A DNA stretch of 64,000 nucleotides from Saccostrea echinata. Lineage: Eukaryota. Of this stretch, positions 25,005 to 38,144 are shown piece after piece. The stretch lies in the NCBI RefSeq assembly GCF_033153115.1, contig NW_026889772.1, positions 5,952,001 through 6,016,000 on the forward strand, written 5' to 3'. A model generated the notes under the pieces. It saw only the letters and a program-made list of their open reading frames with translations, had not been told where the DNA came from and made no database searches. Position 1 is the first letter of the stretch. The number at the start of each line of letters is the position of its first letter. The position numbers and the translations under genes are program-made.

Positions 25005-26878
25005 ACCAGGATGTCATACCAGGATGTCATGAATTTTTCATGAGTGACAAATAAACAGGGAGAAAATATTATTATTATTGAGAGGCAAAGTCATCAAAAA
25101 TGTGAATATTAGCATTTTTAAATATATACATGTATGAGAGTTGGAGTGAAAGGTATATGTTTTGCAATGAAAATTTAAAAAAAAAAAAAAAACTAATATA
25201 ATTGCTATGTAGGAAAACCTTTACAACATCAAAATCCTTGTCTAAAACAACAGGGTCAGGATGAGTCATATAAATTAAATTTCAAAGAAATACATAGGAG
25301 TATATTGGAACTTTTCTGAGCCCTTTTTAGTTTTTACTTAAATTTCTGAAGATCACAGCAAAACCATGATAAATTTGTTCAAATCATGACTCCTCATGGT
25401 CAAACATTGTACAGCAACATAATAATGCATGTAATTGGAAAAATTAATTGAAAAAGCTTCGAACAATGACAGGGCCATTCTAAAATTAATTAAGATTCAG
25501 CTTAAAGTTGTTTGGTGTCATCTTTTTTTAAATTGTGGACCTTAGCTCCGGGACCATATGTTTCCTTTTGCTTTTATACAGAAATTCAAAAACATTACCA
25601 GAACAGCAAGATCATTTTACCATTTCCGAATTTTGACTAGTTCCGAATAATTAATAATTTAAGAGCTGATGATTAATAAATTCAAAAGTGTAAGCATAAA
25701 TTTATACATATGGTATGAAGGCTAATCTATGAGTGTTAGAATTATGTAAGTTTTGATTTTTTGCCGTCAGTGTGTGTCCGCTATCGTACTTTAAATAGGC
25801 GACATACTTTTACAGTGCAACAAATCTGAATCACCGCGACGCGTTTGTTTACAGAAAAACGTATGTAAGACGTCAATTTTTCACATAAAACAACAATTCA
25901 ACTATCAAAAGTAAGTTTCATATGTATTTTAACAAATACCAAAAGCTTGCCGAAAATAAATAATTTGACCACAGGAAGATATCGGAATATTTTCGTGTTC
26001 TCATTTTACTAGTTCCGAATATCCATTATAAACACTATTTAATACGGTTAACGCTAGATGGTACAATGTACAGGTAGGCGAACACGAGTTATTGTTCATA
26101 GTACGAGTTATCGTTCATTATGTAGTAGATCTATTCACTCGTACGTGGAATATTCGACATGTGTTAAAATACATGTATACGGAAATAAATGAAATAGTCT
26201 TTATCAATATTAATGTTCACAGGTAATTTACATTTATTTCACTGACAATTTACAATTGGTAATTATATATTAAGTCGTACAGGTAAAAGTAGAAATACTA
26301 ATCCATTTAAGGTAAGGTTTGCGATCACAGGGAGATAACTCTTATGAATCACTTAAGCGTTTGAAACCGGCGAAATTTAAACCAGCGATACTAAGCATTC
26401 AAGCGCTAATGAATTTCGTCTGTCAAACTCCATGACATGAACATGATGGGAATAAACAAAGGAAATTTCCAGTAGAAAATCGTATAACAATTTAAAGTGC
26501 AGGAATCTCAGAAGAATTTAGCGGACAAATGTGTAGCAGGAATGAATTTTGTTATATGCCTTTATGCCTTGTATTTTAAATGTAATGTCGTTATTTATGT
26601 TTTCATGCATATATTGGTATACTGCCTTATCCCCCATATTATTTTGTTTATATTTACAAACCTTCTCAGATAATAGCACGTGTTGCTTCCATCAAATCTT
26701 ACGGGTAAATGTTTATGTTTGATGATCTAAATTCTCATTGGCTATCAATACGGAAGTTAACCTTTTGGGTGTTACTAATTTCAGTCAAAGTTCATACCCT
26801 TGGGGTGTATTCACTAGATTTCAAGTTAAAGATTCTATTGTTTCCAAAGAGTATATAAACCCGTGTAACTGTTAGACA

Positions 26879-29294
26879 CGTTGTGCGCCCCCCCCCACCC
26901 CCCACCCCCAAGCTGGGTGAGGAAAAAATAAATACAAACTGTACTTAAGAAAAGCTCACTGTATTATGTCATAATTCCAACCTGTGTTTTGACTAAAAGA
27001 GTTAGAGCATTTTAATGTTTGTTTACTGCATTCAAGATTGATATTTTTTTTATGGATTTGGGCTCTGGACTTTTTTTTTCAATGAGAACTAATTTTCAGT
27101 ACACGTGAACTTGCTGTAAGTTCTCTCACTTTAATAAAGGTTTATTAGGTATTTAACAGGTTGCACCCTTAGAAATTATGGAACGACTTGACTTTACCGG
27201 TCCCCAGAAAAACGCGCTAAAATATAGTGTCGCCGTAGGCGACTTCAATATATATGAGATAGCGTGAGCGATCGAAAAAAATTTAAAATATGAGGTTTTA
27301 AGCCTTTTTGACCCCAAAATCGAATTCTACGGTTAAAATTTTAGTTTAAAACTTCGTTTTTAAACGAAGTTTTTAACCTCGTTCTCTGAAAAAAAGTAAT
27401 AACTATTGTTTATTCAGTGAAAAGGAGACACAAAATAATTGTGAACGGAGCGCGTGCGGCGCATGCTTAGTGCCGTTTCTTTTGTACTTAGCCATTTTTT
27501 TCATGTAAACAAACCAACGAGATGTCGTTGAAGCTGAATTAAGATCTTGCAAAAAATACAGATGCAACTGAATTTCTTAATTAATCTAAAAGAACAAGAC
27601 ACTAACCCTAATCTCTCAGATGGTATGCGAGGACTAACCCAAATCTCCCAGGCGGATGCTAGACTAACCCATGTGCGAGGACTAACCCTAATCTCTCGGA
27701 TGGATGCGAGACTAACCCTAATCAGTTGAAAACTTATGGAAGGACTAACCCTAATCTTTCAGGTGGGTGCAAGACTAACCCTAACCAGTCGAAAAATGTG
27801 CAAAACCAACCCTTATCAGTTGAGTGACGTAAGTCTTACGTCATAGTGCAATGAGCACGCGGATCTTGCGGATCTGGGGACCGGTAAAGTAAAGTCTACC
27901 CGAAATTATGTTAAGATATTAGGCATTTTGACTAAATTGTCGTCGTCTATTGCTCCTGTTAAATTTATTAGGCCATAATTCTTAAAGCTAGGAGATAGGT
28001 TTTAAGGTATTCTTAAATAAATAAGGGGTTTTTCTAAATTACCCGAGGCCTTTTCCCCCGGCTAGGTTGGGCTAGCGTTTCCGTACGCTAGGTTGGGGGG
28101 TGATTTTTATACGGTTGTTGGGATTTTTTTTTTTTTTTTTGACAAGGCAGGAATTTACAGTTGTTATTTTTTTTATACTGTTTTTTTTTTCGTTTGTCTA
28201 TACAAAGGTTAATAAATTTTGTTGTTTGTTGGAACTGGTGTGTTCATTACGACTGACATGAGGTGTTGAATTAAGGTACAAATAAGTTCGGAAATAAGAC
28301 CAAGCAGAATCTCAAATCAAAATAAGAACCTGGGAAATAATAAACATGAAATTATAGGAGAGTGTACAAAAAATATTCTAGAACCACTAATGAAAATGGT
28401 GTTCTAAAGTTTACTCCTATTACAAATGTAAGACTTTAGAGTGATGCACGATTGATGACGCAATAAAAGAGGACTAGTAAGTTTATTTTCTGAACTGCGC
28501 AAGTTGCACGGTTATTCAAGTCAGCAGGAGCAAAGAATCAGATGGATTGTAAATCATGCACTTCACCGCTTCATTTAAACATGTTAAATGACATCACGAA
28601 CGAAAGAAAGAATAGATGTGGGAGCATCCTGTTACACTCTGCATGGTGCATGCAGTATACACTCCGAACAGGGAAGAGAAGTCACGGAGCATTTGACAGT
28701 TTGATATAGTTGCATCAGACAGGTAATTATTTAACTGTTAATTTTAAAATAAGTATTCGAGGTTCATAATCGCGTATTACAACTACGAATTACGGAAAGT
28801 TGTCAATGACCTAAACGGACATAAACAGTAATGAATGAACAGATCAGGGTGCATGTTAATCCGAGATTCCTCTGACTCTAAACCCTGCTTTTATCAGTTT
28901 ACATGTATATTGTAACATGTGCAGCGAATAACGGATTAGGTGCATGTGACTAAAATCCCACAATGCATCCCACTTTTTTTTTTAAATCTCTCTCAATTTT
29001 TTAATAGAATCAGGAAAGCATTTTCATCATTTTTTTAATGAAATTGTTTGAATTATTGATCGACACGTTTTTTTTTCACTGAAAATTAGTTCTCATTGAA
29101 AAAAAAGTCCAGAGCCCAAATCCATAAAAAAAATATCAATCTTGAATGCAGTAAACAAACATTAAAATGCTCTAACTCTTTTAGTCAAAACACAGGTTGG
29201 AATTATGACATAATACAGTGAGCTTTTCTTAAGTACAGTTTGTATTTATTTTTTCCTCACCAAGCTTGGGGGTGGGGGGGGGGGGCGCACAACG
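26879..29294. repeat. ~220-bp near-perfect inverted repeat (26879-27100 / 29078-29294)
   Basis: Direct reverse-complement match; no TSD seen. Confidence 0.85.
27181..27901. mobile_element. MULE-like MITE with 9-bp TSD and an internal ~30-bp minisatellite
   Basis: TSD gaaattatg (27172-27180, 27902-27910); TIR core actttaccggtccccaga; internal repeats of gactaaccctaa at ~27600-27815. Confidence 0.75.
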
Positions 29295-30427
29295 AAACCC
29301 AAAAAGGTCATCGGACATTATTATTAAGGGGGCACAAGCATACAGTAGCTATGTTTTCTATTGTATTCTATATATCGGCAAAATTATTGGGGGCAGGGGC
29401 ATCCCCCCCCCCCCCAGCCCCCATCGGTTCCTACGGCCATGTGGATAGTTTTGATTTAGATTGAATGGTTTTAGTGAGGGCCTGGGAATACTTTCTGTGA
29501 ATGAAGTTCTATTTTTATTAGTATCTAATTTTTTAAATAAAAAGAGATCCAGATTATGCATGACTATTTATGAATAATCTTAGGGTGTGTTTTAGAAAAT
29601 TCACTCATCAAGCTTATATGATTGCATTCATCTAATTCAATCTGTAGAAATGTATACATTTATTTTTATAACAGTTGTACCATTATCAGTTATAAAGTGA
29701 GTATGTTGGAAATTCATTCATTTCATCTTTTTTATCATTCCTTTCAATATATGAAAATGAACACACAATTTCAGATAATGGATCATTAATTGGAAAAGAT
29801 TCAGAAAAAAGTACTTCAATTCTTGCTTAGAAGATCTGTGCCATCTATCAAGTAAAGACTATTATATTCCAGCTCATGAATGTTCAAGAAAGTTGGTCGA
29901 GGACAGTGGAACCAGATATGCCAATACCAGTGGCCCAGGATTTGGAGGAGACTAGATACCCAATAAATGTTATCCATGGAAACAATGATTCCACAACAAC
30001 ATTCTATCTAGTGTTTTCCTTATATTAAAAAAAAAATAAGTCTGAGATGATTACAGTACATTGCTTCTCCATCTTTGAACTTGTAAGTTGTATTCAGTAA
30101 AATGAATGTGTGCATCAGATGTATTAGTTGAAGGTGGCATATGTCTGCTTAACAAGTTTCTATGTAGCATTCAAAAAGTGTTTGTAAAATTTCATGTAAA
30201 TTGTTGTAGCAGAATATCCATAGATAATGGACAGAATATGTATCTGTGTCATTATGGCATTGTTAGTATTCATGACAGTGTAATAACTTTGCAGAATTTT
30301 ACAATTTGACTAATATTGGAAGTACTTGCATTGAAAACTCATTAAAATATGAATTTGTAACTTGAAATCCAATGTTATTGTTTTCTTACATACAGCTGCA
30401 TTTATCCAGAATCTGAGACTGATCAAA

Positions 30428-30707
30428 GTCGCCCTCATGGTGCAGTGGTTAGAGGGTTTGCTCTAGAATCACAGAGGAAGGAGTTGATCCTTGCATTGCA
30501 GGTTCGAATCCCACTGCGGGACTTGGAGACTGGTCCTTCGGATGAAACCATATAAACCAAAGTCCCGTATTGCAGTATTTGCTGACACGGAAAAGATCCC
30601 TCACTGATCAAAGGCCATAAGTGTCGAGTACTGTCTAAATTTGCAGCCCTCTACTGGCAAGTGGTGGCGTCTCAATATGAGTGAAAAAGTGTTAAACAAA
30701 TGAACAA
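30428..30707 (+). mobile_element. tRNA-derived SINE
   Basis: A box tggtgcagtgg, B box ggttcgaatcc, body and tail gtctcaatatgagtgaaaa; related copy at 60421-60656. Confidence 0.75.
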
Positions 30708-33700
30708 ACTAATAAAATGATTGATATGTAGATATATGTTACTGCTGTTAAGATAGCAGCTACCTAGATACAATGAGTGCAACATTTCACTCAGATGATA
30801 GGATGTAAAGCCTCACCAGTCATAGATGAGTAGACATTAGCTAAGGATGTCTAGAAATTAATACATGTAGATAAAATCTTTTGGAATGATTAAATCAACA
30901 TGAGGTCAAAAAGCTTTTATTGGTTTGTACTTAAACTTGTTTTCCAACAGCAGCATACTAAGAAACCATGATGAACAAATACATTTACATGTATACACTT
31001 CAAGTATGTTATAAATACATGTATTTCTAAAAGGTGTTGAAACATAATTCCATTGACTATTTCATCAATAATATTGTAAAGGTGCTTTAAGTAGGATATG
31101 TATACCAAAAGTCTTTCCATGAACTGATTATTTAGTAGCATAGATGGGGTGTTATTGTGGTCAATTTTCTGCCAAAAAAAATTTCATATAAAATCTAGTA
31201 TGATGAGTACACTTTCTCAAAATCGTATCAATGTTTACTTTAAAATGCAGAAAAAGTCTGATTTTATGTACAAAACCCGTTATATAGCCTCTGTTTCCAT
31301 GGAAACGGTATTGGGGACATACATATTTTTTTAGTTCATTGTAATGAAAATGATCCAGTTAACAATTTCTTGAATTTTCGTGGAATCGGTAGATATGGAT
31401 AGTGGTGATTTTACTTGTTTGTTGCCATGGCAACGGTTTCACTTTATTATGGAAAATTGAAAAAAACCTCTTTTTTTACCCAAATTTTTACATTTTAAAT
31501 AACAGAAATATAAATTTAAGATAAATTAAGCATAAAATATATTAAATCATGCCATTTTGATTATTTTAATATGATAATATACAAAATAAATCAATTTTTT
31601 TCATTGAAAATAATTAAACATGTAAAGCGTCAAATACCTCAAATTTGGCGTCTTTTACTCAAAAAACGGGACGGGCAATATCTTTTAAAATCGTGTTAAT
31701 TGATGAAACTATTCTTCCCAAACAAATTGATGTATGACATATATACAATTTTAAAAAAATAAAATTTGGAGGGTGTCGCAAACCTTACCTTAATACGTTA
31801 GTTTTCTGTCATTTCTTCATTGTAAATGTGACTGTTATTTCTCTTTATCCTTTGGAAATAACACCTACTTACTGGTAAGCATTGATTTTAACTTTTCCTA
31901 GGAATGTCAATTGATAATGCTTGGGACGCAAATTTTTAATATAGGGTGGAATTGCATGGGAACCGCTAGGGTATTCGGAACTCGTCGGCTTATTTTTTTG
32001 TATATTAAATATTGGATTAATTATTTATTAATTAATCCTGTGGACACCTGTCACATCTGTGCTTTCGCCCCCTGCTGGGTTAAAGTCAGACCTGCAGTGC
32101 AGTTCTTTGTTTTTACTGGAATTGGCACTGTTGACAATACCCAGATGTATGCACCTATCTAGGGTACTGATACTTTGTATGATATTTAAGCTGTGGATAA
32201 TTACGAGGACTTCCGAAAGTCCCCCACTTCATTCTGACCAATCACAGGTCTTCTATTTCTAGTACCCGGTATATCTGTTGAGGGAAACCACACACTTGCC
32301 AATTTTGGGAAATTGTTTGCAAGGGCAAGGCCTTTTTGTACTTTCGTCCCACCTGCCCAACTCTCACCAATAATTTATGCTTAATTAGTTGAATTTTAGT
32401 TTAGTTTTAGTTAGTTTATTAGTTAGTTCTTGGAGAACGCAGCACAGTTAAGGCTGCAATAAGGAGGCGGGGCCTAATTTTTACGGGAAATGCTTACGAT
32501 GACATCACACAAAAATACATGTTCTTCAAATTACCACAAAATGAAATGATACGCTATTTTAAACTGTTGGATAGCTTTAAACTACATCAATACTTACTAT
32601 TGCATGTATTTTTATCGTTGGTTAAATCCCACACGGCAATATATAAACAATTCACAGATCGCAATGCACTTGTCAATGTGACGTCATATCGTAAAATTTG
32701 ACGCAGTTTGTATGCAGTGAGAGACGGATCAAGTTATACTTTATACAATGAAAAATGTGTTTTCTAATTAAATAAAATATTATTTGCAGACATATAAGAG
32801 GCCATTAACTTGGATGCGATGTCTATTTTATGATTTTATTCATATACTTTCCGTACATTCCCTAGACAAGTGAAACTGCCGTACATTTGTATGCAGATTC
32901 ATTAAAGGGTAATAGAAGGGCCGTAATAAATCGATATATTGCAAGGGCTTACCCTCAATGAATTACGACAAGCTTTTACACATTAACTCAAGAGGTAAGA
33001 AGATATTTGAAAAGTGCTGCGAACCTGATGAAATCTTGCAAATGAATTAATTATATCTACATTTAATGTACTTGACCAGCAAAATATTCAATACACGGTC
33101 TAACAAATGTAATTTTAGCAATTACTAAGTATATAGTAGAGTCTACGGAAACCGCAGGTGCCAGGTAAAGTATTTTTTCTACCTGGCACCAACCGGCTTC
33201 CGTAAGAATCTATATAGGTTCGCAGCACTTTTCACAAACTACAAAGAGTGTTGAAAATAATTATAAATTAATCTTAGATTTTTAACTTGGTTATGCCCTT
33301 GCAATATGGGAATTTATAGATGACCTCAATACTGCAGGTATATTTGCTAAGATCACGTGACTGCCACATTACGTGACAAATCTAAATAAGAAATCTAAAC
33401 GTCCTCAACATGTAATTTTCAGCCACATTACATTTGTCAGATAATAGTAAAGGTCTGAAAAGAATCGCCCATCCTTGTAAAGAATGTATTTTCTGTCTAA
33501 AAAATTCGCCGATATTTCCATTTGGCACCTTAACTGTACTGCGCATAGTATTATTCCTCATTTTTAAATTCGCCTACACACATTATTATGTAATGTTTCA
33601 TAATATACCTGTGTGCTCAACTAAATAAAACCATGGATTCATTTCACCCAAGCCTGTCTTACATGTTTTTATTTCTTATGCATCAGTTGGGCTAGTTCTT

Positions 33701-34795
33701 ATTTACATACAGGAAGAAAATAACTAGTAAAATGAGTACCCATGTTAACTTGCTAAAATAAAAAGTTTTTTTGAAAGGCTGAACTTTTATGAAACAACAT
33801 TTAATTCCGCAAGTCATTGAACTACTTTGACAAACAAATTAGATTTTGAAATAATACCGTCATATATTTATAGCACGGCCTACTCGGTTCCCTATTCGCA
33901 ACTGGTCAAACGACTGTAGTCATATTGATATTGAAGCATTAATTAATGAAGGCTTAATGTTAGTTTATGTCATGTTCCTCTGAAGCTATGGTTGGGCCAC
34001 AATATCGGTTAAAGTTTTTATGTGATAAAGGAGGATATTTGTTAAACGTTTTTAAGAGCAACGGGTCCTAGAAGATACATTTGAGCATCTTAGCCCATTG
34101 GATTCAAATCATTTCCCTTTAAAGGATATACTACTATACCATATACTACTATACCCAAGACTTTGTTTCGCTAAAAGTTTAACAATATAACAGGTAACTA
34201 TTTTAAATATTATTTTTTTCTCAATGCTTTTTAGCACTGTTATGTACGCAGTCGTTTGTATCGTCAACGCCTGAATGACCATACGTGGGAGTTTTGGTTG
34301 TCCATATGCGAATATCTATGTGCATATTTTTATTACATGGACGTAATGAATTATTTCTAGCTGGAAAGGTTCTATGTATAACAAGTTTTTTTAATTTTCT
34401 GCTCCTCACTTACTGGTACAGAAACTTGATAGAATTAATGTGGTGTGTTTGTAAATATATTTATATTACAAACGCTACTCTATGTTTATTTTATCAATTA
34501 AAAGTTAAAATAGATTAAATACGAGCATAAATATTGTAATGTATATAAATAACAATTTTATCTCATGTTAAGGTTCTTCTTTTGTTTTGAACTTAAACTT
34601 ACAATATTAATTTTAGTCATACGTTAAATTTATTTTTCAAATAAATTCGAAATAACAGATAGAACCTTTCTCATCTGTTTCAAAGAAAGAGAAAGGCATT
34701 GAAGGCAAACTATCATCTTAACTGTATGAGTCAGTTACAGACTTCAACTTATCAACTCATATGTATTATTACACTGTCTTCACTTGCATTTCTTG

Positions 34796-36549
34796 ATGGG
34801 CAAGACATGAAAAAGAACACCTTGACACTTTGTCAGACTGGATTAAATGTATCAGATGTATTTTAAAATCGCGCATTAAAAGATTGAGGGGCAATATGAA
34901 AACCATTTATCCTTCTGTTTTCAATAATCCAGAAGTGAAAAAAAGAATTAGATATATTACATGATCAGTACGTACTGGTCCCTGCTGACAAAGCAGGTAA
35001 CAATATTGTCTTTGTTTGTAAGGCTCATTATATTAAATGTATTTTAGAGGAACTTGGATTTAATTTAACAAGTGGTAATCCAATTTATACTCATAGTTCC
35101 CTTTTTAAGGAAGAAATTCTTCAAAATCATACGTCAGTTTTGAATATTTTTAATATTCCAAACAACCAAAATAAATTTGAATTACCATATCTACTGGATT
35201 CCGAAACTTAATAAAAATCCTTACAAAAAGGATATATAGCGTGTTCCACTAAATGTTCAACCAAGCCTCTTTCTTCGCTCCTCACTAAGATATTAACAGT
35301 AGTGAAGGAGAAACTTCAAGAGTACTGTGCAACAATATATTCGAGAAGTGGTGTAAATCAGATGTGGATACTTCAAAAAATTCCAAGGAACTTTTGGAAA
35401 ATTTGAAACCACAAGATTTTACCAAAATCAACAGCTTAAAAACTTACGGCTTTTCAACTTTATACACAACCATTCCCCACGATAAATTCCAGTCCAGGTC
35501 CAGGTTTTTTTTTTATATCAATGACAGCTGCTTTTTCAATAAAAATGGAACTTGTAAATTTACTTAACTTGTCATTTGTCATTTGCAAAATTATTTTGTT
35601 AAAAAGCATTCTGATTGTACACAAAAGTACTCTGAAGCTGACATTAAAAAAATGCTAAAGTTTCTGATTGACAATATCTATGTTATTTTTTGAGACCAGG
35701 TCTTCCAACAATCTATTGGAATTTCCATGGGTACCAATTGCGCCCCGTTATTAGCAGACCTTTTTTTGTATTCATATGAAGCAGAATTTGTCCAAAATCT
35801 TATACTTGAAAAGAAGAAAACACTTGCTGTGGCCTTCAACTCGACATTTAGATATATCGACGACGTATTGTCAATTAACAATGGTTATTTCCATTCTTAT
35901 GTCGATACGATATATCCCGGTGAGCTTGAGATAAAAGATACCACAGAGTCTAACACATCTGTTTCATATTTGGATATTTTACTTGAAAAAGACGTTAATG
36001 GTAATCTAACAATCAAGCTTTATGATAAACGTGATGACTTTAATTTTTCAATCGTCAACTTCCCTTACTTTAGCAGCAGTATACCTTCATCACCTGCATA
36101 CGGAGTTTATATCTCTCAGTTGATTCGATACGCAAGAGCATGCTCTACGTTTGTACAATTTCTAAAACGAGGTAAATTATTCAAAAACAAGTTGATGAAA
36201 CAAGAATATCAGCAGTCTCGTTTAAAGTCATCATTTCGTAAGTTTTATGGTCGATACAATGACCTTGTCAGCAATACAATTTATCATTGAGTCAAATGCT
36301 GACTGACGTTTTTCATACTAATTGTAGGCCATTATTTACACACTGAATTGTCGACAGATTTTTCCGTTATTTCCCGATCATGACAAGGAGCTTACGGCGG
36401 GTGTAACCGGTCTGCAGGGGATGCTCACTCCTCCATGGCACCTGATCCCACCTCTGATGTTTTAGAGGTCCGTGTTTGCTCTGCTCTTATTTTGTAATGT
36501 TTAATGAATTTTTGAGCTTGAATACTGTTCGTTATCTCCATATATTTCA
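34796..36549 (+). mobile_element. 5'-truncated Naiad-type Penelope-like retroelement (RT pseudogene, C-terminal RT)
   Basis: RT motifs PADKAGNN, FSTLYTTIPH, MGTNCAPLLADLFL, FRYIDD and YDKRDDFNF with frameshifts. No C-terminal GIY-YIG. Absent from repeat copies B and C; ttg duplicated at the junctions. Confidence 0.85.
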
Positions 36550-37289
36550 TTGTTAATGCCTTCATATAACAAGGGAAAAAAAGATCTCATTTCAAGTCAA
36601 AATGAAAGTATTATCTGAGGTAAAAAAAAGTATCATTGGGTCGTATTTTGGCTTATGATTTTCATACCAATTTTTAATTGTTAGGCCTTTGTTTTTATAC
36701 TGAATTTGGCTATGGAACATTCCGTCCACCTTATCAATATTTAGAGCTAACAGCAGGTGCAACTGGTTGACAGGGGATGCTTACTACTCTCAGCCACCTG
36801 ATCATACCTCTAAAATTTCCGGGGTCCATGTTTTATGCCCTGTTATCAGATTTGTATAGCTTGTGGATTTTTTTAGATTGATCACTGGTTGTTATCTTCA
36901 TCTTTTTTCACTTTTGATATTGAATTGCACGACATTGCACGTACATATACTTTCTTTTGACAATCGTATTAGATCTTAATGCATTATTTTTATTTATTTA
37001 CTTTTTATTATTTTTACTTCATAAGAACATTTTGCATAATATTTATACGAAGTGATAACATAAGGTTGTTGCTATCCGTTCTCAATAGTAGTATAATAAT
37101 ATAGGACAAAGTATATGAAACAAATACAAAATATTTTGGTGCTATTTTTTGGTTTTAAGAGGAATTAAAGTAAGACAAGGAACACACGTTTTGCTTGCAA
37201 TAGTAATTGACCTTACAAGGAGAAGCCACTTTTAATCGAGATTTAATGATAAACATTTATGCATGTATTAAATAATGACAGAAAATTAT

Positions 37290-37800
37290 TCACAGCTGGT
37301 CAAACATAACAACTAAACTGTATGACAAACAAGATGACTTTTTTTTTCATCGTCAATTTTTTCTTATTTATGTAGTAATATTCCCCTATCATCTGCATAT
37401 GGTTTTTATGCCTCCTCCTATATATGCTCTGAGAATGACCAAGTTTTAAACTGAGATGAGCTGCTGACAAATAAATTGATTTTACAAGGATTTCAACAAT
37501 TTTGCTTAAAGTCAGTATTTCGTAAATTCTGCGGTCTTAAGAATGTCTTTGTTAGCAAAGATAATCTATGATTAGGTCGTATTTTGACCGATATATTTCA
37601 TACATACTAATTGTTAGGACTTTGTCTTTATACAAAATTTTTCAAGGGATTAATCCATCTACCTGATCAATAGATAGGACTCACGGTGGATGTCACAGGT
37701 CTACAGGGGATCCTTTCTTCTCCTAGGCACGTGATCCCACATCTGAAATTTCCGGGAGTCCTTGTTTTATGCTCTGTTCACAGATTTGTGTTCTTTTAGT
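37290..37800 (+). mobile_element. Old Naiad-type 3' fragment
   Basis: Degenerate actaaactgtatgacaaac..gatgacttt RT segment plus the 3' tail motif. Confidence 0.65.
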
Positions 37801-38144
37801 GAATATATAGAGCTCAAATATTTGTAACAGGAAAGGAGAAAACATATTTTAACTCTTTTTTGATATCACATTCGCAAAATATTTCCGACACAAAAGTTAT
37901 AGTAAAAATTCAACATTGCAGTAGTAAAATGTTTATTCTGGTATAGGTTATGTTAACTCACTTGTACCGATCTTAATCTATTATGAATACAAACAAAAAA
38001 GAATGATGTTGATAATGATTAATCAATCAGAAAATGATTTTTTAGAAGTACATGTTTGTCATATAAAGCTCTTCGGTTTTGTTCTGTTGGAAATTTTACA
38101 AATAATAATGGTACAAAATACTACACAAAAATTTATATTTGATA

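Larger units (their letters stand above)
26311..31789 (+). mobile_element. Decayed Kolobok DNA transposon
   Basis: TTAA TSD on both sides; perfect 14-bp TIR GGTAAGGTTTGCGA. Transposase-like remnants at ~28545-28710 (DCKSCTSPLHL..GSIL..TGKR) and ~29780-30000 (GSLIGK..HECS..VEPDM..VIHGNNDSTT). Confidence 0.75.
25620..33916. mobile_element. 8.3-kb insertion with degenerate TIRs (possibly Tc1/pogo-like non-autonomous) hosting nested elements
   Basis: Absent from repeat copies B and C (empty site cattatagtcat). Subterminal inverted motif tttgactagttccgaata / tattcgcaactggtcaaa; right end cgactg|ta. The left terminus is degenerate. Confidence 0.5.
24968..37000 (+). repeat. Local segmental repeat, copy A (24968-25616 + 33917-34795 + 36550-~37000), split by two insertions
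   Basis: Colinear and highly similar to 40148-41955 and 62273-64000. Confidence 0.85.

Noticed and set aside
30428-30520. tRNA-like sequences here and at ~60570-60656
   Set aside because: A and B boxes are present but there is no clean cloverleaf, and both continue into a shared SINE body.
31900-32480. Possible DIRS/LTR remnant
   Set aside because: GC-richer patch, but no paired repeat or coding motif that I can support.
34221-34518. Short ORFs recurring in repeat copies (also 40792-41156, 63102-63477)
   Set aside because: Frames and lengths are not preserved between copies and there is no recognisable domain.
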